Positions 27,984 to 39,147 of a stretch of 64,000 nt of DNA are shown in pieces (positions within the stretch are counted from its first letter, which is position 1; every line of letters starts with the position of its first letter). The notes below the pieces were generated by a model. The model made no database searches and was not told the DNA's origin. It was given only the letters and a program-made list of their open reading frames with translations. Both the position numbers and the translations under genes were made by a program. The stretch comes from Clostridia bacterium. GTDB taxonomy: Bacteria > Bacillota > Clostridia > UBA1212 > DUPL01. Location of the stretch: NCBI GenBank assembly GCA_050951325.1, contig JBMNIW010000004.1, positions 105,173 through 169,172 of the forward strand, in the 5' to 3' direction.

Positions 27984-29525
27984 ATGAAAAGTAAAAAAAC
28001 ATTTATCCTTTTAATTGCTACAGTAGCAGTATTAATCGTATGCATAACAGCAGTTATATTTATTACACTTCCCAACGATAAAAATACAAACGATGATAAC
28101 CCAAGCAAAACAGACAACAACAACAACAATGACGACGACAATAACAATGACAACGAGGATACCACTCTAGAAGGAACAAACATAGTCTATGTGAAGGACA
28201 ATGAGATTCATTACCTGAATCTAGACTCAATGTTTACAAAACAGGTAACAGAAAATCTGTACGAAACCGAAGAATTGTACTATGACAGTGTTTCAACTGC
28301 ATACTTGTTCTCACAAATAAGTTCCGACTTCAAATATCTTTTTTACACGGACCATGCACAAACAGGAACGGACAAATTCCCGCTGTACCGCCTTGACCTG
28401 TCAGACAAGAAAGCAAAACCCGAAAAAATTGCCGACAGTGTATATAGCTACAAAATTAACGAAAAGGGTACCATCGTTTACTACAGCGATGATGTTGATG
28501 TTGGATTAAACAGTCTATACAAGTACGATTTCAAGGAGACTGAGAAGATTGTTTCAAACATTATTGATTACCACATAAGCTCAGATGGTTCAAAACTCCT
28601 TTATTATGACGCTACAGGTGTTTACTTAAAAACCCAATCCGGCACCGAACAGATAACCGATTTGAACCTTGAAGCCATGGAAATACATAAAGTTACACCA
28701 AATCTTGATTTCTACATACAGATAAACTACGCACTGTATTATAAGCAGGATGGAAAGGACATGACCAAAATAGTTGATTCGGTTATTGGCATTGAAAAAA
28801 TCTACGATACTGGAGAAATATATTATAAAAACACGGATTATCAGCTATGCTATTACGATAAAAAAAGTATCACAGTACTCACATCACCTTCTTGGAACAA
28901 GATAAGCATAAATGAATCATCTCCTGTCATTTCATACTACGAAGACGGAAATACTTATGTTGCAAAAGGAGATGAAAAAATCAGCATAGATGGTGTTGTT
29001 CCTGACGTAAGCATATCTTCTGATACCGCATACTATTTTGTCAACTACGACAACGGATCAGGAGAATTGATTGCTCTTAATCTATCTTCAATGGAAAAAA
29101 CAATAATTGACGATGGAGTATACAAGATACTAACTGTTGAAGATAACACAGGCAAACTCTTTTATATGAAAAGCTCAACAGCTGCCGGTACCGGCGACTT
29201 GTACCATGACAAAAAGAAGATTGACTCCAATGTATCAGAAAGCCATTTGAGAATGGTTGGAGACAAACTTACATATATCACTCAAACTGGTGAAAACATG
29301 ACATACAAGGCGTACGACATGTCAGAGGTTTCTACAATTGCCAATAAAGTAGACACTTATTGCATCTCACTCCCAGAAGGAATTGCTTTCCTTAAAGATT
29401 ATTACGAAATTGGCGACATATACCTCTACGACGGAAACCAAGTAGTGAAAAAGCTGGTTTCAAAAGTACAATTCTTCAACATGTCTTTTCCCGTTTTCAA
29501 CTACGAATACGAACCCTGGTTCTAA
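27984..29525 (+). CDS. Membrane-anchored beta-propeller (TolB-like) surface protein
   Basis: N-terminal TM, Asn/Asp linker, repeated ISSDGSKLLYY-type blades. Confidence 0.7.
   Translation: MKSKKTFILLIATVAVLIVCITAVIFITLPNDKNTNDDNPSKTDNNNNNDDDNNNDNEDTTLEGTNIVYVKDNEIHYLNLDSMFTKQVTENLYETEELYYDSVSTAYLFSQISSDFKYLFYTDHAQTGTDKFPLYRLDLSDKKAKPEKIADSVYSYKINEKGTIVYYSDDVDVGLNSLYKYDFKETEKIVSNIIDYHISSDGSKLLYYDATGVYLKTQSGTEQITDLNLEAMEIHKVTPNLDFYIQINYALYYKQDGKDMTKIVDSVIGIEKIYDTGEIYYKNTDYQLCYYDKKSITVLTSPSWNKISINESSPVISYYEDGNTYVAKGDEKISIDGVVPDVSISSDTAYYFVNYDNGSGELIALNLSSMEKTIIDDGVYKILTVEDNTGKLFYMKSSTAAGTGDLYHDKKKIDSNVSESHLRMVGDKLTYITQTGENMTYKAYDMSEVSTIANKVDTYCISLPEGIAFLKDYYEIGDIYLYDGNQVVKKLVSKVQFFNMSFPVFNYEYEPWF
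28112..28156 (+). repeat. In-frame AAC/GAC trinucleotide low-complexity tract (poly-Asn/Asp linker)
   Basis: GACAACAACAACAACAATGACGACGACAATAACAATGACAAC. Confidence 0.7.
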
Positions 29526-29563
29526 TAAAAAATCCCATGCTTTAACGGCATGGGATTTTTTAT
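29523..29563. terminator. Bidirectional intrinsic terminator
   Basis: AATAAAAAATCCCATGC-loop-GCATGGGATTTTTTATT. Confidence 0.85.
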
Positions 29564-29662
29564 TCCAAATTTCTTTTCCCTTCCTTTCGCCTAATCCTGC
29601 TTTCTCCCATATTTAAAGACTAATTTTCCTCGATTCGCATATGATAGTAATTCATTCATTAT

Positions 29663-29885
29663 TTACGTTTTTAGATTTGCACGTATTGTCTGAGAACACC
29701 ATTTGCATATATCGTCTCCTTCTTTGTGATATCTGTAAAACCTGGTATCACCATTTTGTGCCTTGTATGCCGAAGGAGTAATTATCCTGCGTTCAGTTAA
29801 AATACTACTTATCTTCTTTGCCCCTTTTTCTGACAAAGCTAACCTGAAGATTTTTTACAACCTCACCCGGTTCGTCATCCGAGAG
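29663..29885 (-). pseudogene. Fragment of a large serine recombinase (Recombinase domain)
   Basis: Hand translation with one frameshift in the run at ~29851-29856 gives DDEPGEVVK/IFRLALSEKGAKKISSILTERRIITPSAYKAQNGDTRF...WCSQTIRA, matching the LSR pattern VVxxIFxxxxxGxGxxxIAxxLTxxxIxTPS...WxxxTVxxIL. Confidence 0.65.
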
Positions 29886-29921
29886 AACTCATTTTCAAGA
29901 TAATCTTCAAGGTTGAAATCA

Positions 29922-30460
29922 TTATCCTTCGCTGTGTTTGGCAAGTATAAATCCGTGCAGTGCGGAAGTAGCAGACAAGGCGTAGCTAATCTGACTCAGA
30001 TTGCCCATGACAGGCCCCATGATACCACCAAAGAATTGTGCTTTAATCTGCTTCTCCCTCAAGTCATCGCTGAGAATTTCAAACTCCTGCTTTGCTGTTT
30101 CTTCCTGGCAAAATACTTTCTCTGAGTAGTACCTTCTACTCATCTTTCCTAGCGTGTTGGCTGCATAGATCAATAAAGGCACCGTAACTATCGTAACTAT
30201 TGCGAGTATCCAGTTGGTAACGAACATAAGTACAATCGTACCAATGAGAGTTATGGTTCCCGAGAAAATCTGTGACATGGTACTGTTGAGCATCACACCG
30301 ACCGAGTCCAAATCATTTGTAAAACGGCTCATAAGGTCGCCATGAGTGTGAGTGTCCTGATATTTCACAGGCAGTCTCTGAATGCTTTTGAACAGTTCTC
30401 TTCTAATACGGGCAATGGCTTTCTGAGACACGCCAATCATTATTCTCTGCTGCAGGTACG
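29922..30460 (-). pseudogene. Internal fragment of a multidrug ABC transporter permease/ATP-binding gene
   Basis: YLQQRIMIGVSQK, THTHGDLMSRFTNDLD, AQFFGGIMGPVMGNL. No N-terminus or NBD; apparent internal deletion between RRYYS and KVFCQEE. Confidence 0.85.
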
Positions 30461-30876
30461 AATATATTTGAATTCAGTTTTTCAAGCAGTTGTAAAAAGT
30501 TTTTCTTCTCTTCCTCAGAAAACCCTTTAAAACACTTTTCATCCGCCATTTTGAATATCTTCTTGCTCTTTTCAACCACGCAATATCCTTTTTCAGTAAT
30601 GACAATCTGATTAAGCCGATTGTCCACATCATCAGTCTTTTTAATAATATATCCACCCTTCTCCAGCTTCTTTAAGGATACCGCAATGGTTGCGGAAGAT
30701 ACATCCATCTGTCTTTCCAGCTCAATCTGAGGCGCATTGGGGTTTCGTGATATTTCCATAAGCAGCCTGTGCTGCGCATGGTACACACCTGTGGCATCCA
30801 AATAGTTTTGCATTATTTTTCTGTGCTTAATCGCAAAAGTTATAAGCTGATGAATAATATGCTTATCCAAAGTCAT
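30403..30876 (-). CDS. MarR-family regulator (3' end fused to the ABC remnant)
   Basis: SSATIAVSLKKLEKGGYI...DNRLNQIVITEKG winged helix; the tail reads into ABC DNA in another frame. Confidence 0.85.
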   Translation of the reverse strand: MTLDKHIIHQLITFAIKHRKIMQNYLDATGVYHAQHRLLMEISRNPNAPQIELERQMDVSSATIAVSLKKLEKGGYIIKKTDDVDNRLNQIVITEKGYCVVEKSKKIFKMADEKCFKGFSEEEKKNFLQLLEKLNSNIFVPAAENNDWRVSESHCPY

Positions 30877-30900
30877 TTTATCACCTCATGAAAATAAATG

Positions 30901-30927
30901 TTAGCAAGCTAATAATTGGCTAGCTAA
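30901..30927. promoter_or_regulatory. Tandem palindromic MarR-type operators
   Basis: TTAGCAAGCTAA (30901-30912) and TTGGCTAGCTAA (30916-30927) just upstream of marR. Confidence 0.55.
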
Positions 30928-31032
30928 TTATTTAGTCTATCACTAAAACATTTCTTTGTATCAATCAGTGATATTTGACCAGAATAAATCAATTATGATA
31001 AACTTGTACAATAACAAATTGCAGGTGAGGTT

Positions 31033-31722
31033 ATGGAAAATTATCAGCATGTAATATCATTGGGTCATTTCTGTGCTGTTGCTTCAGAGCTTGAAAGACT
31101 GGGATATAGGGACGCAAGCCTTCCTTTTGACTGGCTTATAACTCCCTTTGAAAGCGTTATGCACATGATAGAAACAAACTTTAATGATTTTCTTGTCCTT
31201 GAAAATCTTAAAAGAGATGAAAAACGTAAATATATAATCAAGGACACAAAATACAATATAGCCTTTTACCATGACTATAAACCGAATCAATCCATTGAAA
31301 CACAGCATGAAATTGTAAAGGCAAAATACGATAGAAGAATAAAGAGGTTTTATGATTACATAACCGAAAAAACCCTGTTTATCCGCTACATTGAATCAAA
31401 AAAGGAATATGAATTCATTTGTGAAAACTACGACCACATAATGAGCGTGTTGCGGAAATACAATAAAGACAATGATCTTATGCTCGTGTCAAAGGATATT
31501 AAGGCTGTAGAACTGCCCATGCATACAATCTATCTTGACAATGTACCGTATAAAACTCCTCAGAAGTTTGCCAAGACCAATAAGGAGTTGTATAAGGTAC
31601 TAACTTCTATTCCCTATCCGGATGAGAAAAGGATGTTGAATATAAATAGATACAGAAAAAGCTTTCCAAAGCGCTTTTTCAACAGCTTAAGAAAGCTTTA
31701 TATCAAACTTATTTATAGCTAA
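31033..31722 (+). CDS. DUF1796-like putative papain-fold cysteine peptidase
   Basis: ISLGHFC...R..SLPFDW, FYHDY, KYDRRIKRF and LFIR motifs. Confidence 0.75.
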   Translation: MENYQHVISLGHFCAVASELERLGYRDASLPFDWLITPFESVMHMIETNFNDFLVLENLKRDEKRKYIIKDTKYNIAFYHDYKPNQSIETQHEIVKAKYDRRIKRFYDYITEKTLFIRYIESKKEYEFICENYDHIMSVLRKYNKDNDLMLVSKDIKAVELPMHTIYLDNVPYKTPQKFAKTNKELYKVLTSIPYPDEKRMLNINRYRKSFPKRFFNSLRKLYIKLIYS

Positions 31723-33202
31723 CAATATTTGAGAAATCAAAACTGAAGGTTGTATACTCATTTTCTTTGCTGTCCACAGTTACGGCAATATCATGTCTTA
31801 ATGCTATCTGCTTTGCAATAGCTAGACCAAGGCCGGTTCCTTCCTTGTTTTTCTCATCACGCATTTTGTAGAATCTGTCGAAGATATACGGGAGGTCTTC
31901 TTCCCTTATACCTTCTCCATGGTCTGTTATTGACAAGATAAAATTTCTGTACGTAATGTCAATAGTGGATCCTGTACTTGAAAACTTAATCGCATTGTCA
32001 AGGATAATCAGTATCATCTGTCTTAACCTGTCAAAATCACCATTTATCACTTCCACATCCATATCGCTTTCAAAGTTAATTGATATATCCTTTTCGGTAC
32101 AAAGCCTTCTTGCACTCCTGACAGACTCATGTACAATACTCAAGAGATTAACTTCTTCCTTGTTTAGTGAAAAATCAGCATTCTGAAGTCTTGAAAGGTC
32201 CAACAAATCATTAACAAGTCTTTGCAGATATATGCTTTCAGCAAGAAGATGAGAGTAGTATTCTTCCACCTGCTTTGGTTCCGTAACCACCTTGTCATGC
32301 AACGCTTCAACCGAACCTCTTATCACTGTAACAGGGGTCCTAAGTTCATGTGATATGTTGGCTACAAAATCCTTCCTCATCTTGTCAAGCTTTTCTCTTT
32401 CCCTGCTTGCCTCATTAAGCCTTTCACTTAATATATCTACAGCCTTTGCAACATCCCCTATTTCATCATCCTGGGATACATCCGTTTTAACCTCATAATT
32501 CCCTTTTGCCAGTTCCAGTGTAACATTCCGTATCTTGTCCATTGGTTTTGTAAAAGCCCAGGCAAAGGAAAAAGACAGAATCACAGACAAAACTAGTGCC
32601 AGCAGTATACTTATAACCAGCGTCTTGATACCCTGCTCTATCGCCTTCTGCATATAATCTATGGGACTGTGAAGCAGAACAACACCAATTACTTCTCCAT
32701 TCTGAGAAACAATAGGAACACCCACGGTGAGGGTTGGTGTTTCGAAGAAGTTGCCAAACACTTCGCTGAAGGTGGTTTCACCTTCGAACACCTTTTGTAT
32801 TACTTTCTCCGCATTATGCGGCAGCTCGCTGAATGTGTACACTCGGCTTCCATCGTAATATGATGTGCCTGTAGTGATAAAGTTGTAGTCCCTGTCAATT
32901 ATCCATACATTCGCCATTGTGATACTGTTCAAAAAACTTATATACACTTGGGCATCATTGGAGAAATAAAAGTTGTTTCTGTTTGGAAAGTCAAACAAGG
33001 GAAATCTTGAATACTGCATTCTGAAAGTGAATTCCGATAGTGTCTCTGAAACACCTACTGCGCTGTTTACAAGATTTCTTTTGTATAGGTCAACAGTATG
33101 GTTTCTAAAAAGGATTGTAAACACAATCCCTATACCTATTGACAGTATTAAAAGCACAATTGTAAAGTAGAAAGTTAGTTTGAAGACAAGCTTTTTTCGC
33201 AT
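31709..33202 (-). CDS. HAMP-domain sensor histidine kinase
   Basis: Two TMs, HAMP (DEIGDVA), H-box FVANISHELRTP, N-box ILDNAIKF, G-box GTGLGLAI; start placed at MRKKL. Confidence 0.93.
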   Translation of the reverse strand: MRKKLVFKLTFYFTIVLLILSIGIGIVFTILFRNHTVDLYKRNLVNSAVGVSETLSEFTFRMQYSRFPLFDFPNRNNFYFSNDAQVYISFLNSITMANVWIIDRDYNFITTGTSYYDGSRVYTFSELPHNAEKVIQKVFEGETTFSEVFGNFFETPTLTVGVPIVSQNGEVIGVVLLHSPIDYMQKAIEQGIKTLVISILLALVLSVILSFSFAWAFTKPMDKIRNVTLELAKGNYEVKTDVSQDDEIGDVAKAVDILSERLNEASREREKLDKMRKDFVANISHELRTPVTVIRGSVEALHDKVVTEPKQVEEYYSHLLAESIYLQRLVNDLLDLSRLQNADFSLNKEEVNLLSIVHESVRSARRLCTEKDISINFESDMDVEVINGDFDRLRQMILIILDNAIKFSSTGSTIDITYRNFILSITDHGEGIREEDLPYIFDRFYKMRDEKNKEGTGLGLAIAKQIALRHDIAVTVDSKENEYTTFSFDFSNIVSYK

Positions 33203-33204
33203 GT

Positions 33205-33903
33205 TTATCCCTTGCCTTCCTTGTATTCGGTAAATCTGTATCCAACTCCCCATATCGTGGTAACATCCCACGATTCATGCGGAAACGCATCAATTTTTGC
33301 TCTCAGCCTCTTTATGTGAGAATCCACAGTCCTCATGTCTCCGTAATAATCGTAACCCCAGAGCTTGTCAAGAAGATTCTCTCTTGAAAAGACTTTTCCG
33401 CTGTTAGATGCAAGAAGCCAAAGTATCTCGGTCTCCTTTTTAGTCAAAGACACCTCTTCATCGTCAATCATGACCTCATAGCTATCCATATTTATGTAAA
33501 GGTTTGCAATTTTCAATTCATGGCCTTCCGTTCTTCCTTCATAAGAGCATCTTCTTAATATCGCCCTTATTCTCGCCATTACTTCTCCACCAGAAAAAGG
33601 CTTTACAATATAGTCATCCGCCCCTATTTCAAGACCCATTATCTTTTCAAAATCTTCCCCTCTTGCTGTAACCATGATAACTGGAACATTGGACTTCTTT
33701 CTGATTTCCTTGCAAACATAAAAGCCGTCAAGCTTTGGCATCATCACATCAAGAAGAATAATATCGGGCATAAAGGATGAAAAGAACTCAAGAGCCTCTT
33801 CGCCATCATAAGCAACTTTCACTTTATACCCTTCTCTCTTGCAATACTCTTCCAATATGGACGTAATCTGTCTATTGTCATCGCATATAAGCACTTTAAT
33901 CAT
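33205..33903 (-). CDS. OmpR-family response regulator
   Basis: LICDD, LLDVMMP, GADDYIVKPF, RTVDSHIKRLR and TIWGVGY motifs. Confidence 0.95.
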   Translation of the reverse strand: MIKVLICDDNRQITSILEEYCKREGYKVKVAYDGEEALEFFSSFMPDIILLDVMMPKLDGFYVCKEIRKKSNVPVIMVTARGEDFEKIMGLEIGADDYIVKPFSGGEVMARIRAILRRCSYEGRTEGHELKIANLYINMDSYEVMIDDEEVSLTKKETEILWLLASNSGKVFSRENLLDKLWGYDYYGDMRTVDSHIKRLRAKIDAFPHESWDVTTIWGVGYRFTEYKEGKG

Positions 33904-34055
33904 TAAACAACACCTCTTAGCTATACTACATCATTTCTGTGTCTTTTTTATGGCAAACCCTGTGAATATATTTTAATACAAAAACCGTATAAAAAGAAAC
34001 CTTCGACCTGAAAAAGATCGAAGGCCTGTATCTATATATACCATTCACAACCTGA

Positions 34056-34352
34056 CTAGACTTGTTTCGAGGCACCATTGGCTCCACCGTTACCACCAGG
34101 TGAGCCTTCCGGAGATGTACCTGGACCTCCGGCACCTGGACTGCCTCCTGCACCCGGACTTACATCAGGACTAAGGTCAGGACTCAAGTCTGGGCTCAGG
34201 TCAGGACTCATGTCACCATCACCATCATCAGTCACGTTAGGACTGATTGTTATACCTGGTGATGGATCCAACAGTCCTCCATTTCTACATGCAGCAAATG
34301 AAAATATCATCATAATTGCAAGTAAGAATACTAAGATATATTTTGCTTTCAT
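34056..34352 (-). CDS. Small lipoprotein with SPDL and Pro/Gly repeats
   Basis: Lipobox FAAC; MSPDLSPDLSPDLSPDVSP then a Gly/Pro-rich tail; GGAGG SD. Confidence 0.75.
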   Translation of the reverse strand: MKAKYILVFLLAIMMIFSFAACRNGGLLDPSPGITISPNVTDDGDGDMSPDLSPDLSPDLSPDVSPGAGGSPGAGGPGTSPEGSPGGNGGANGASKQV

Positions 34353-34469
34353 TTGATATCCTCCCAAACTCTATTGAAAAAGATAAACTCTTTCTTTCAT
34401 ATTATTCTTAATATTGGCGATTTTAATACTTTTGTTTTTTTCCAATTTTACTTTATAGAATCTGGGAAT

Positions 34470-34500
34470 AAAAAAAGGCAGACAGTTTGCACCGTCCGCC
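34470..34500 (-). terminator. tuf terminator
   Basis: GGCGGACGG...CTGTCTGCC followed by T7 on the minus strand. Confidence 0.8.
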
Positions 34501-34519
34501 AAAAATCATCTGATTCCAA

Positions 34520-35719
34520 TTAGTCGATAATGGCTGTAACTGTACCGGAACCAACAGTCTTTCCACCTTCACGAATAGCGAAGCGGAGACCTTCTTCCAT
34601 AGCGATTGGAGTAATAAGTTCAACAGTAATTTCTACGTGGTCGCCAGGCAAGCACATGTCTACGCCTTCTGGAAGCTGGATAATACCGGTAACGTCAGTT
34701 GTTCTGAAGTAGAACTGAGGTCTGTAGTTGCTGAAGAAAGGCTTGTGTCTTCCACCCTCGTTCTGAGTAAGAACGTAAACCTGGCCCTTAAACTTTGTGT
34801 ATGACTTGATTGTACCAGGCTTGGCTATAACTTGTCCACGCTCGATATCTTCTCTTGTGATACCTCTCAAGAGAGCACCGATGTTGTCACCAGCATAAGC
34901 TTCATCAAGCTGCTTTCTGAACATCTCGATACCAGTAATAACTGTGCTCATGGTCTCATCTTTCAGACCAACGACTTCAGCCTGATCGCCAACCTTGATA
35001 GTTCCTCTCTCAAGTCTGCCAGTTGCAACTGTTCCACGACCTGTGATTGTGAACACGTCCTCAACAGGCATAAGGTAAGGCTTGTCAGTTTCACGCTCTG
35101 GCTCTGGAATGTAAGTGTCTACTGCTTCCATAAGCTCTTTGATTGGAGCGTAAGCAGAATCTGTTGGGTCGTCTCCAGCTTCGAGAGCCATCAAAGCAGA
35201 ACCTCTGATAACTGGCACGTCGTCTCCTGGGAAGTCATACTTGCTGAGAAGCTCACGAACTTCCATTTCAACAAGGTCAAGAAGCTCTGGGTCGTCTACC
35301 ATATCACACTTGTTCATGAAAACAACTATGTATGGTACGTTAACCTGACGAGCAAGCAGAATGTGTTCTCTTGTCTGAGCCTGTGGGCCGTCAGCGCCGG
35401 ATACCAGCAAAATCGCACCATCCATTTGAGCAGCACCAGTAATCATGTTCTTAACATAGTCAGCGTGACCTGGGCAGTCAACGTGCGCATAGTGTCTGTT
35501 TTCTGTCTGATACTCAACGTGGGAAGTATTTATTGTGATACCTCTTTGTTTCTCCTCTGGAGCATTGTCAATTTGGTCATATGCCTTTACTTCCGCATTA
35601 CCTACAAGAGACAAATATTTTGTAATTGCAGCAGTCAATGTTGTTTTACCATGGTCAACGTGTCCAATTGTACCAATGTTTACATGTGGCTTTGTTCTTT
35701 CAAACTTAGCTTTTGCCAT
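34520..35719 (-). CDS. tuf: Elongation factor Tu
   Basis: [34 protein letters not shown] and NKCD motifs. Confidence 0.99.
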   Translation of the reverse strand: MAKAKFERTKPHVNIGTIGHVDHGKTTLTAAITKYLSLVGNAEVKAYDQIDNAPEEKQRGITINTSHVEYQTENRHYAHVDCPGHADYVKNMITGAAQMDGAILLVSGADGPQAQTREHILLARQVNVPYIVVFMNKCDMVDDPELLDLVEMEVRELLSKYDFPGDDVPVIRGSALMALEAGDDPTDSAYAPIKELMEAVDTYIPEPERETDKPYLMPVEDVFTITGRGTVATGRLERGTIKVGDQAEVVGLKDETMSTVITGIEMFRKQLDEAYAGDNIGALLRGITREDIERGQVIAKPGTIKSYTKFKGQVYVLTQNEGGRHKPFFSNYRPQFYFRTTDVTGIIQLPEGVDMCLPGDHVEITVELITPIAMEEGLRFAIREGGKTVGSGTVTAIID

Positions 35720-35764
35720 TTTTATTTCCTCCTTAAAATTCTCATAATTATTAAAGTTTTTATT

Positions 35765-35793
35765 ATTTTACATAATATTTAGAAAATAGGCAA
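35765..35793 (-). promoter_or_regulatory. sigmaA promoter of tuf
   Basis: TTGCCT-N17-TAAAAT. Confidence 0.6.
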
Positions 35794-35852
35794 GTTTTTT
35801 TTGTTACTATTTTATATTTCCCTATTTCCTTCAATTTTATACATAAATTATA

Positions 35853-37925
35853 TTACTTTGACTTTCTTGAAAGCAAATCTTCCTGTATGTTCTTTGACAC
35901 TTCCTCGTAGTGGCTTGGCTGCATTGTAAATGAGCCACGGCCTTGTGTCATTGAACGCAGTGATGTGGTATAGCCAAACAGTTCCGCAAGAGGAGCTACT
36001 GCCTGTATATCCTTGGAGCCAGCGTTGTCTTCCATGCCCTCAATGCGGCCTCTGCGGGCTGACACTGAGCTTATGACATCACCAAGGTAATCCTCAGGTG
36101 TGTTGATGCTAACCTTCATAATAGGTTCAAGCAAAACTGGTTCCGCATTTTTCAAAGCTTCCTTGATTGCCATGGAACCTGCAATCTTGAAGGCCATCTC
36201 CGATGAGTCAACCTCATGGTATGAACCGTCAACCAGTGCAACCTTTATGTCGACTACCGGATACCCACCCAGTATACCACTTTGCAAAGCTTCCTTGATT
36301 CCTGCATCCACTGCCGGGATATATTCTTTCGGAATTACACCGCCAACAATCTTGTTAACAAACTCGTAACCAGTTCCTCTTTCCTTGGGTTCAACCTCGA
36401 TAACGCAGTGACCGTACTGGCCTCTACCGCCGGATTGACGGACAAACTTGCCTTCAACCTTGACAGCTTTTCTAATACCCTCTTTGTATGCAACCTGGGG
36501 ATTTCCTACGTTTGCTTCAACCTTAAACTCCCGAAGCAGTCTGTCAACAATAATCTCAAGGTGCAGTTCACCCATACCCGAAATGATTGTCTGACCGGTT
36601 TCCACATTAGTATGAACCTTGAATGTTGGGTCCTCTTCAGCGAGCTTCTGCAGCGCAACTCCCATCTTGTCTTGTCCAGCCTTTGTCTTAGGCTCAACAG
36701 CAACAGAGATAACCGGCTCAGGGAACTCCATCTTCTCAAGGATAATCGGCGCTTTGTCTGAGCACAACGTGTCGCCTGTGGATGTATCCTTCAGACCAAC
36801 TGCAGCGGCTATATCACCGGCATAGACCTTGTCAACCTCTTCCCTGTGATTCGCATGCATCAGAAGAATTCTTCCGATACGCTCCTTGCTTCCCTTGGTC
36901 ATGTTCATGACATAGGAACCGGATTCAAGAACACCTGAATAAACTCTGAAGAAGCAGAGCTTTCCTACGTATGGGTCAGTCACGATCTTGAACGCAAGGG
37001 CTGAGAAGGGTTCGTCATCGCTAGGATGTCTTTCATCTTCCTCGCCATCCATATTGACTCCCTTGATAGCAGGGATATCCAACGGTGATGGCAGGTAGTC
37101 AATGACGGCATCGAGCAGTTGCTGAACACCCTTGTTTCTGTAGGAGGAGCCACACATTACAGGAATAATCTGTACAGCCAGTGTCGCATTTCTTATAGCA
37201 GCCTTGATTTCCTCTTCGGTAATTTCCTCGCCCTCCAGGTACTTCATCATTATATTTTCATCGAAATCCGCAAGTGCTTCAATCATTTTGTCCCTGTATT
37301 CAACAGCCAGGTCCATCATGTCCGCTGGGATATCGATTTCTTCAACGATTTCACCCTTGTCGCCCTTGTATTGAAGAGCGTCCATTTTAACGAGGTCGAT
37401 TATACCTATAAAGGTATCTTCGCTGCCAATTGGCAACTGGATCGCAACAGGATTCGCACCAAGTCTAGTCCTAATCATGTCCAAAACCCTGAAAAAGTTT
37501 GCACCGGTTATGTCCATCTTGTTTACATAGGCAATTCTTGGTACCTTGTACTTGTCAGCCTGTCTCCAGACAGTTTCGGACTGAGGTTCTACACCTCCTT
37601 TTGCACAGAATAAGGTAACACTACCGTCCAATACTCTCAAGGATCTTTCTACTTCCACGGTGAAGTCCACGTGACCAGGTGTGTCAATTATGTTTACTCT
37701 GTAATTCTTCCAAATGGCTGTAGTAGCAGCGGAAGATATGGTGATACCTCTTTCCTGCTCCTGAACCATGAAGTCCATGGTTGCGTCACCTTCGTGGGTC
37801 TCACCCATTTTGTGTGTCTTTCCCGTGTAGTAGAGTATTCGTTCGGTTGTGGTTGTTTTTCCTGCATCAATGTGTGCCATGATGCCTATATTTCTTGTAT
37901 TCTCAAGTGAATAACTTCTTGGCAT
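35853..37925 (-). CDS. fusA: Elongation factor G
   Basis: [15 protein letters not shown] and DTPGHVDF motifs; str operon position. Confidence 0.99.
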   Translation of the reverse strand: MPRSYSLENTRNIGIMAHIDAGKTTTTERILYYTGKTHKMGETHEGDATMDFMVQEQERGITISSAATTAIWKNYRVNIIDTPGHVDFTVEVERSLRVLDGSVTLFCAKGGVEPQSETVWRQADKYKVPRIAYVNKMDITGANFFRVLDMIRTRLGANPVAIQLPIGSEDTFIGIIDLVKMDALQYKGDKGEIVEEIDIPADMMDLAVEYRDKMIEALADFDENIMMKYLEGEEITEEEIKAAIRNATLAVQIIPVMCGSSYRNKGVQQLLDAVIDYLPSPLDIPAIKGVNMDGEEDERHPSDDEPFSALAFKIVTDPYVGKLCFFRVYSGVLESGSYVMNMTKGSKERIGRILLMHANHREEVDKVYAGDIAAAVGLKDTSTGDTLCSDKAPIILEKMEFPEPVISVAVEPKTKAGQDKMGVALQKLAEEDPTFKVHTNVETGQTIISGMGELHLEIIVDRLLREFKVEANVGNPQVAYKEGIRKAVKVEGKFVRQSGGRGQYGHCVIEVEPKERGTGYEFVNKIVGGVIPKEYIPAVDAGIKEALQSGILGGYPVVDIKVALVDGSYHEVDSSEMAFKIAGSMAIKEALKNAEPVLLEPIMKVSINTPEDYLGDVISSVSARRGRIEGMEDNAGSKDIQAVAPLAELFGYTTSLRSMTQGRGSFTMQPSHYEEVSKNIQEDLLSRKSK

Positions 37926-38006
37926 TGGAGCCTCCTTCTTAAAATTCCAATTTCAAAAATACTAATTGTATGATAACCTTGATTCAATAAATTTATTAGC
38001 ACAAAA

Positions 38007-38477
38007 TTACCAGCGATAGTGAGCAAATGCACGGTTCGCCTCTGCCATTCTGTGCATTTCTTCCTTACGCTTGAATGCACCACCTGTTTGATTCAATGCA
38101 TCAAGTATTTCATTCGCAAGTCTTTCAGCCATGGTTCTTTCACCACGATTTCTTGCATAAACAACAAGCCATCTGAGACCAAGAGTCTGCCTTCTTTCAG
38201 GCCTTACTTCTACTGGAACCTGATAAGTCGCACCACCAACTCTTCTGGCCTTTACTTCCAATTGTGGCATAATATTATTTAAAGCCTCTTTAAATACTTC
38301 AAGAGCGTCTCTTCCAGTCTTCTCCTGAACTATGTCAAAAGCTTTATAGCAAATCTTCTCTGCCGTACCTTTTTTTCCGTCAAGCATGATGTTGTTGATA
38401 AGTTTTGTAACGAGTTTTTCATTGTATCTTGCGTCGGGTAAAACTTCCCTTTTAGCAATGTATCCTTTTCTAGGCAC
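38007..38477 (-). CDS. rpsG: 30S ribosomal protein S7
   Basis: GTG start (MPRKG) after a GGAGG SD; [11 protein letters not shown]; AFAHYRW end. Confidence 0.98.
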   Translation of the reverse strand: MPRKGYIAKREVLPDARYNEKLVTKLINNIMLDGKKGTAEKICYKAFDIVQEKTGRDALEVFKEALNNIMPQLEVKARRVGGATYQVPVEVRPERRQTLGLRWLVVYARNRGERTMAERLANEILDALNQTGGAFKRKEEMHRMAEANRAFAHYRW

Positions 38478-38613
38478 TTTCCTTCCCTCCTTTTCATGAG
38501 ATAAAAATTCATCGGTACTCATCAATGAATGATGTCAGTGCTGGTATCTATTCAATTATATATATATAAAAGACACCTAACACCTTCTGAGATGTCCCGT
38601 TTCATTTCTTCTG

Positions 38614-39027
38614 TTATTTCTTAGGTGCTTTGGCGCCGTATTTTGATCTTCCCTGTTTACGGTTTGCAACACCTGCGGTATCCAATGTACCTCTAATAAT
38701 GTGATATCTTACACCTGGCAAATCTTTTACTCTTCCGCCTCTTATCAGAACAACGCTATGTTCCTGCAGGTTGTGTCCAATTCCTGGAATGTATGCTGTA
38801 ACTTCCATTCCATTTGTAAGACGCACCCTCGCAATCTTACGCAGAGCGGAGTTGGGCTTCTTTGGAGAAGTTGTCCTAACAACAGTGCAAACACCCCTCT
38901 TCTGAGGACTGCTTACGTCCGTACTGCGCTTGTTAAGAATGTTGTAGCCCTTCTGCAATGCAGGCGCATGTGACTTTTGCTGAAATGTTTTTCTACCTTT
39001 CCTAACCAGCTGATTAAATGTTGGCAT
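38614..39027 (-). CDS. rpsL: 30S ribosomal protein S12
   Basis: [20 protein letters not shown] and GRVKDLPG motifs. Confidence 0.99.
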   Translation of the reverse strand: MPTFNQLVRKGRKTFQQKSHAPALQKGYNILNKRSTDVSSPQKRGVCTVVRTTSPKKPNSALRKIARVRLTNGMEVTAYIPGIGHNLQEHSVVLIRGGRVKDLPGVRYHIIRGTLDTAGVANRKQGRSKYGAKAPKK

Positions 39028-39108
39028 CTTGGCTTTCACCTCCCAGTTTTATATCCTTTATTAATTAAGCTTTGCAGGTGTCAAAAAAGCCACCTGCACA
39101 GCCAACTA

Positions 39109-39137
39109 ATACTACACCAATATGATTATGTTGTCAA
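39109..39137 (-). promoter_or_regulatory. sigmaA promoter of the rpsL operon
   Basis: TTGACA-N17-TAGTAT, followed by a TGCAGGTG/CACCTGCA leader hairpin. Confidence 0.7.
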
Positions 39138-39147
39138 GTTATTTTCT

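Noticed and set aside
28112-28156. AAC/GAC tract as a phase-variation switch
   Set aside because: In-frame and imperfect; slippage would only change linker length.
34832-35782. 316-aa + strand ORF
   Set aside because: Antisense shadow of tuf caused by codon bias.
38478-38613. Long rpsL-rpsG spacer as a possible S7-binding RNA
   Set aside because: Plausible by analogy, but no recognisable motif could be confirmed by eye.
39028-39147. No L7Ae-like (ybxF) gene between rpoC and rpsL
   Set aside because: Presence of this gene is variable among Firmicutes.
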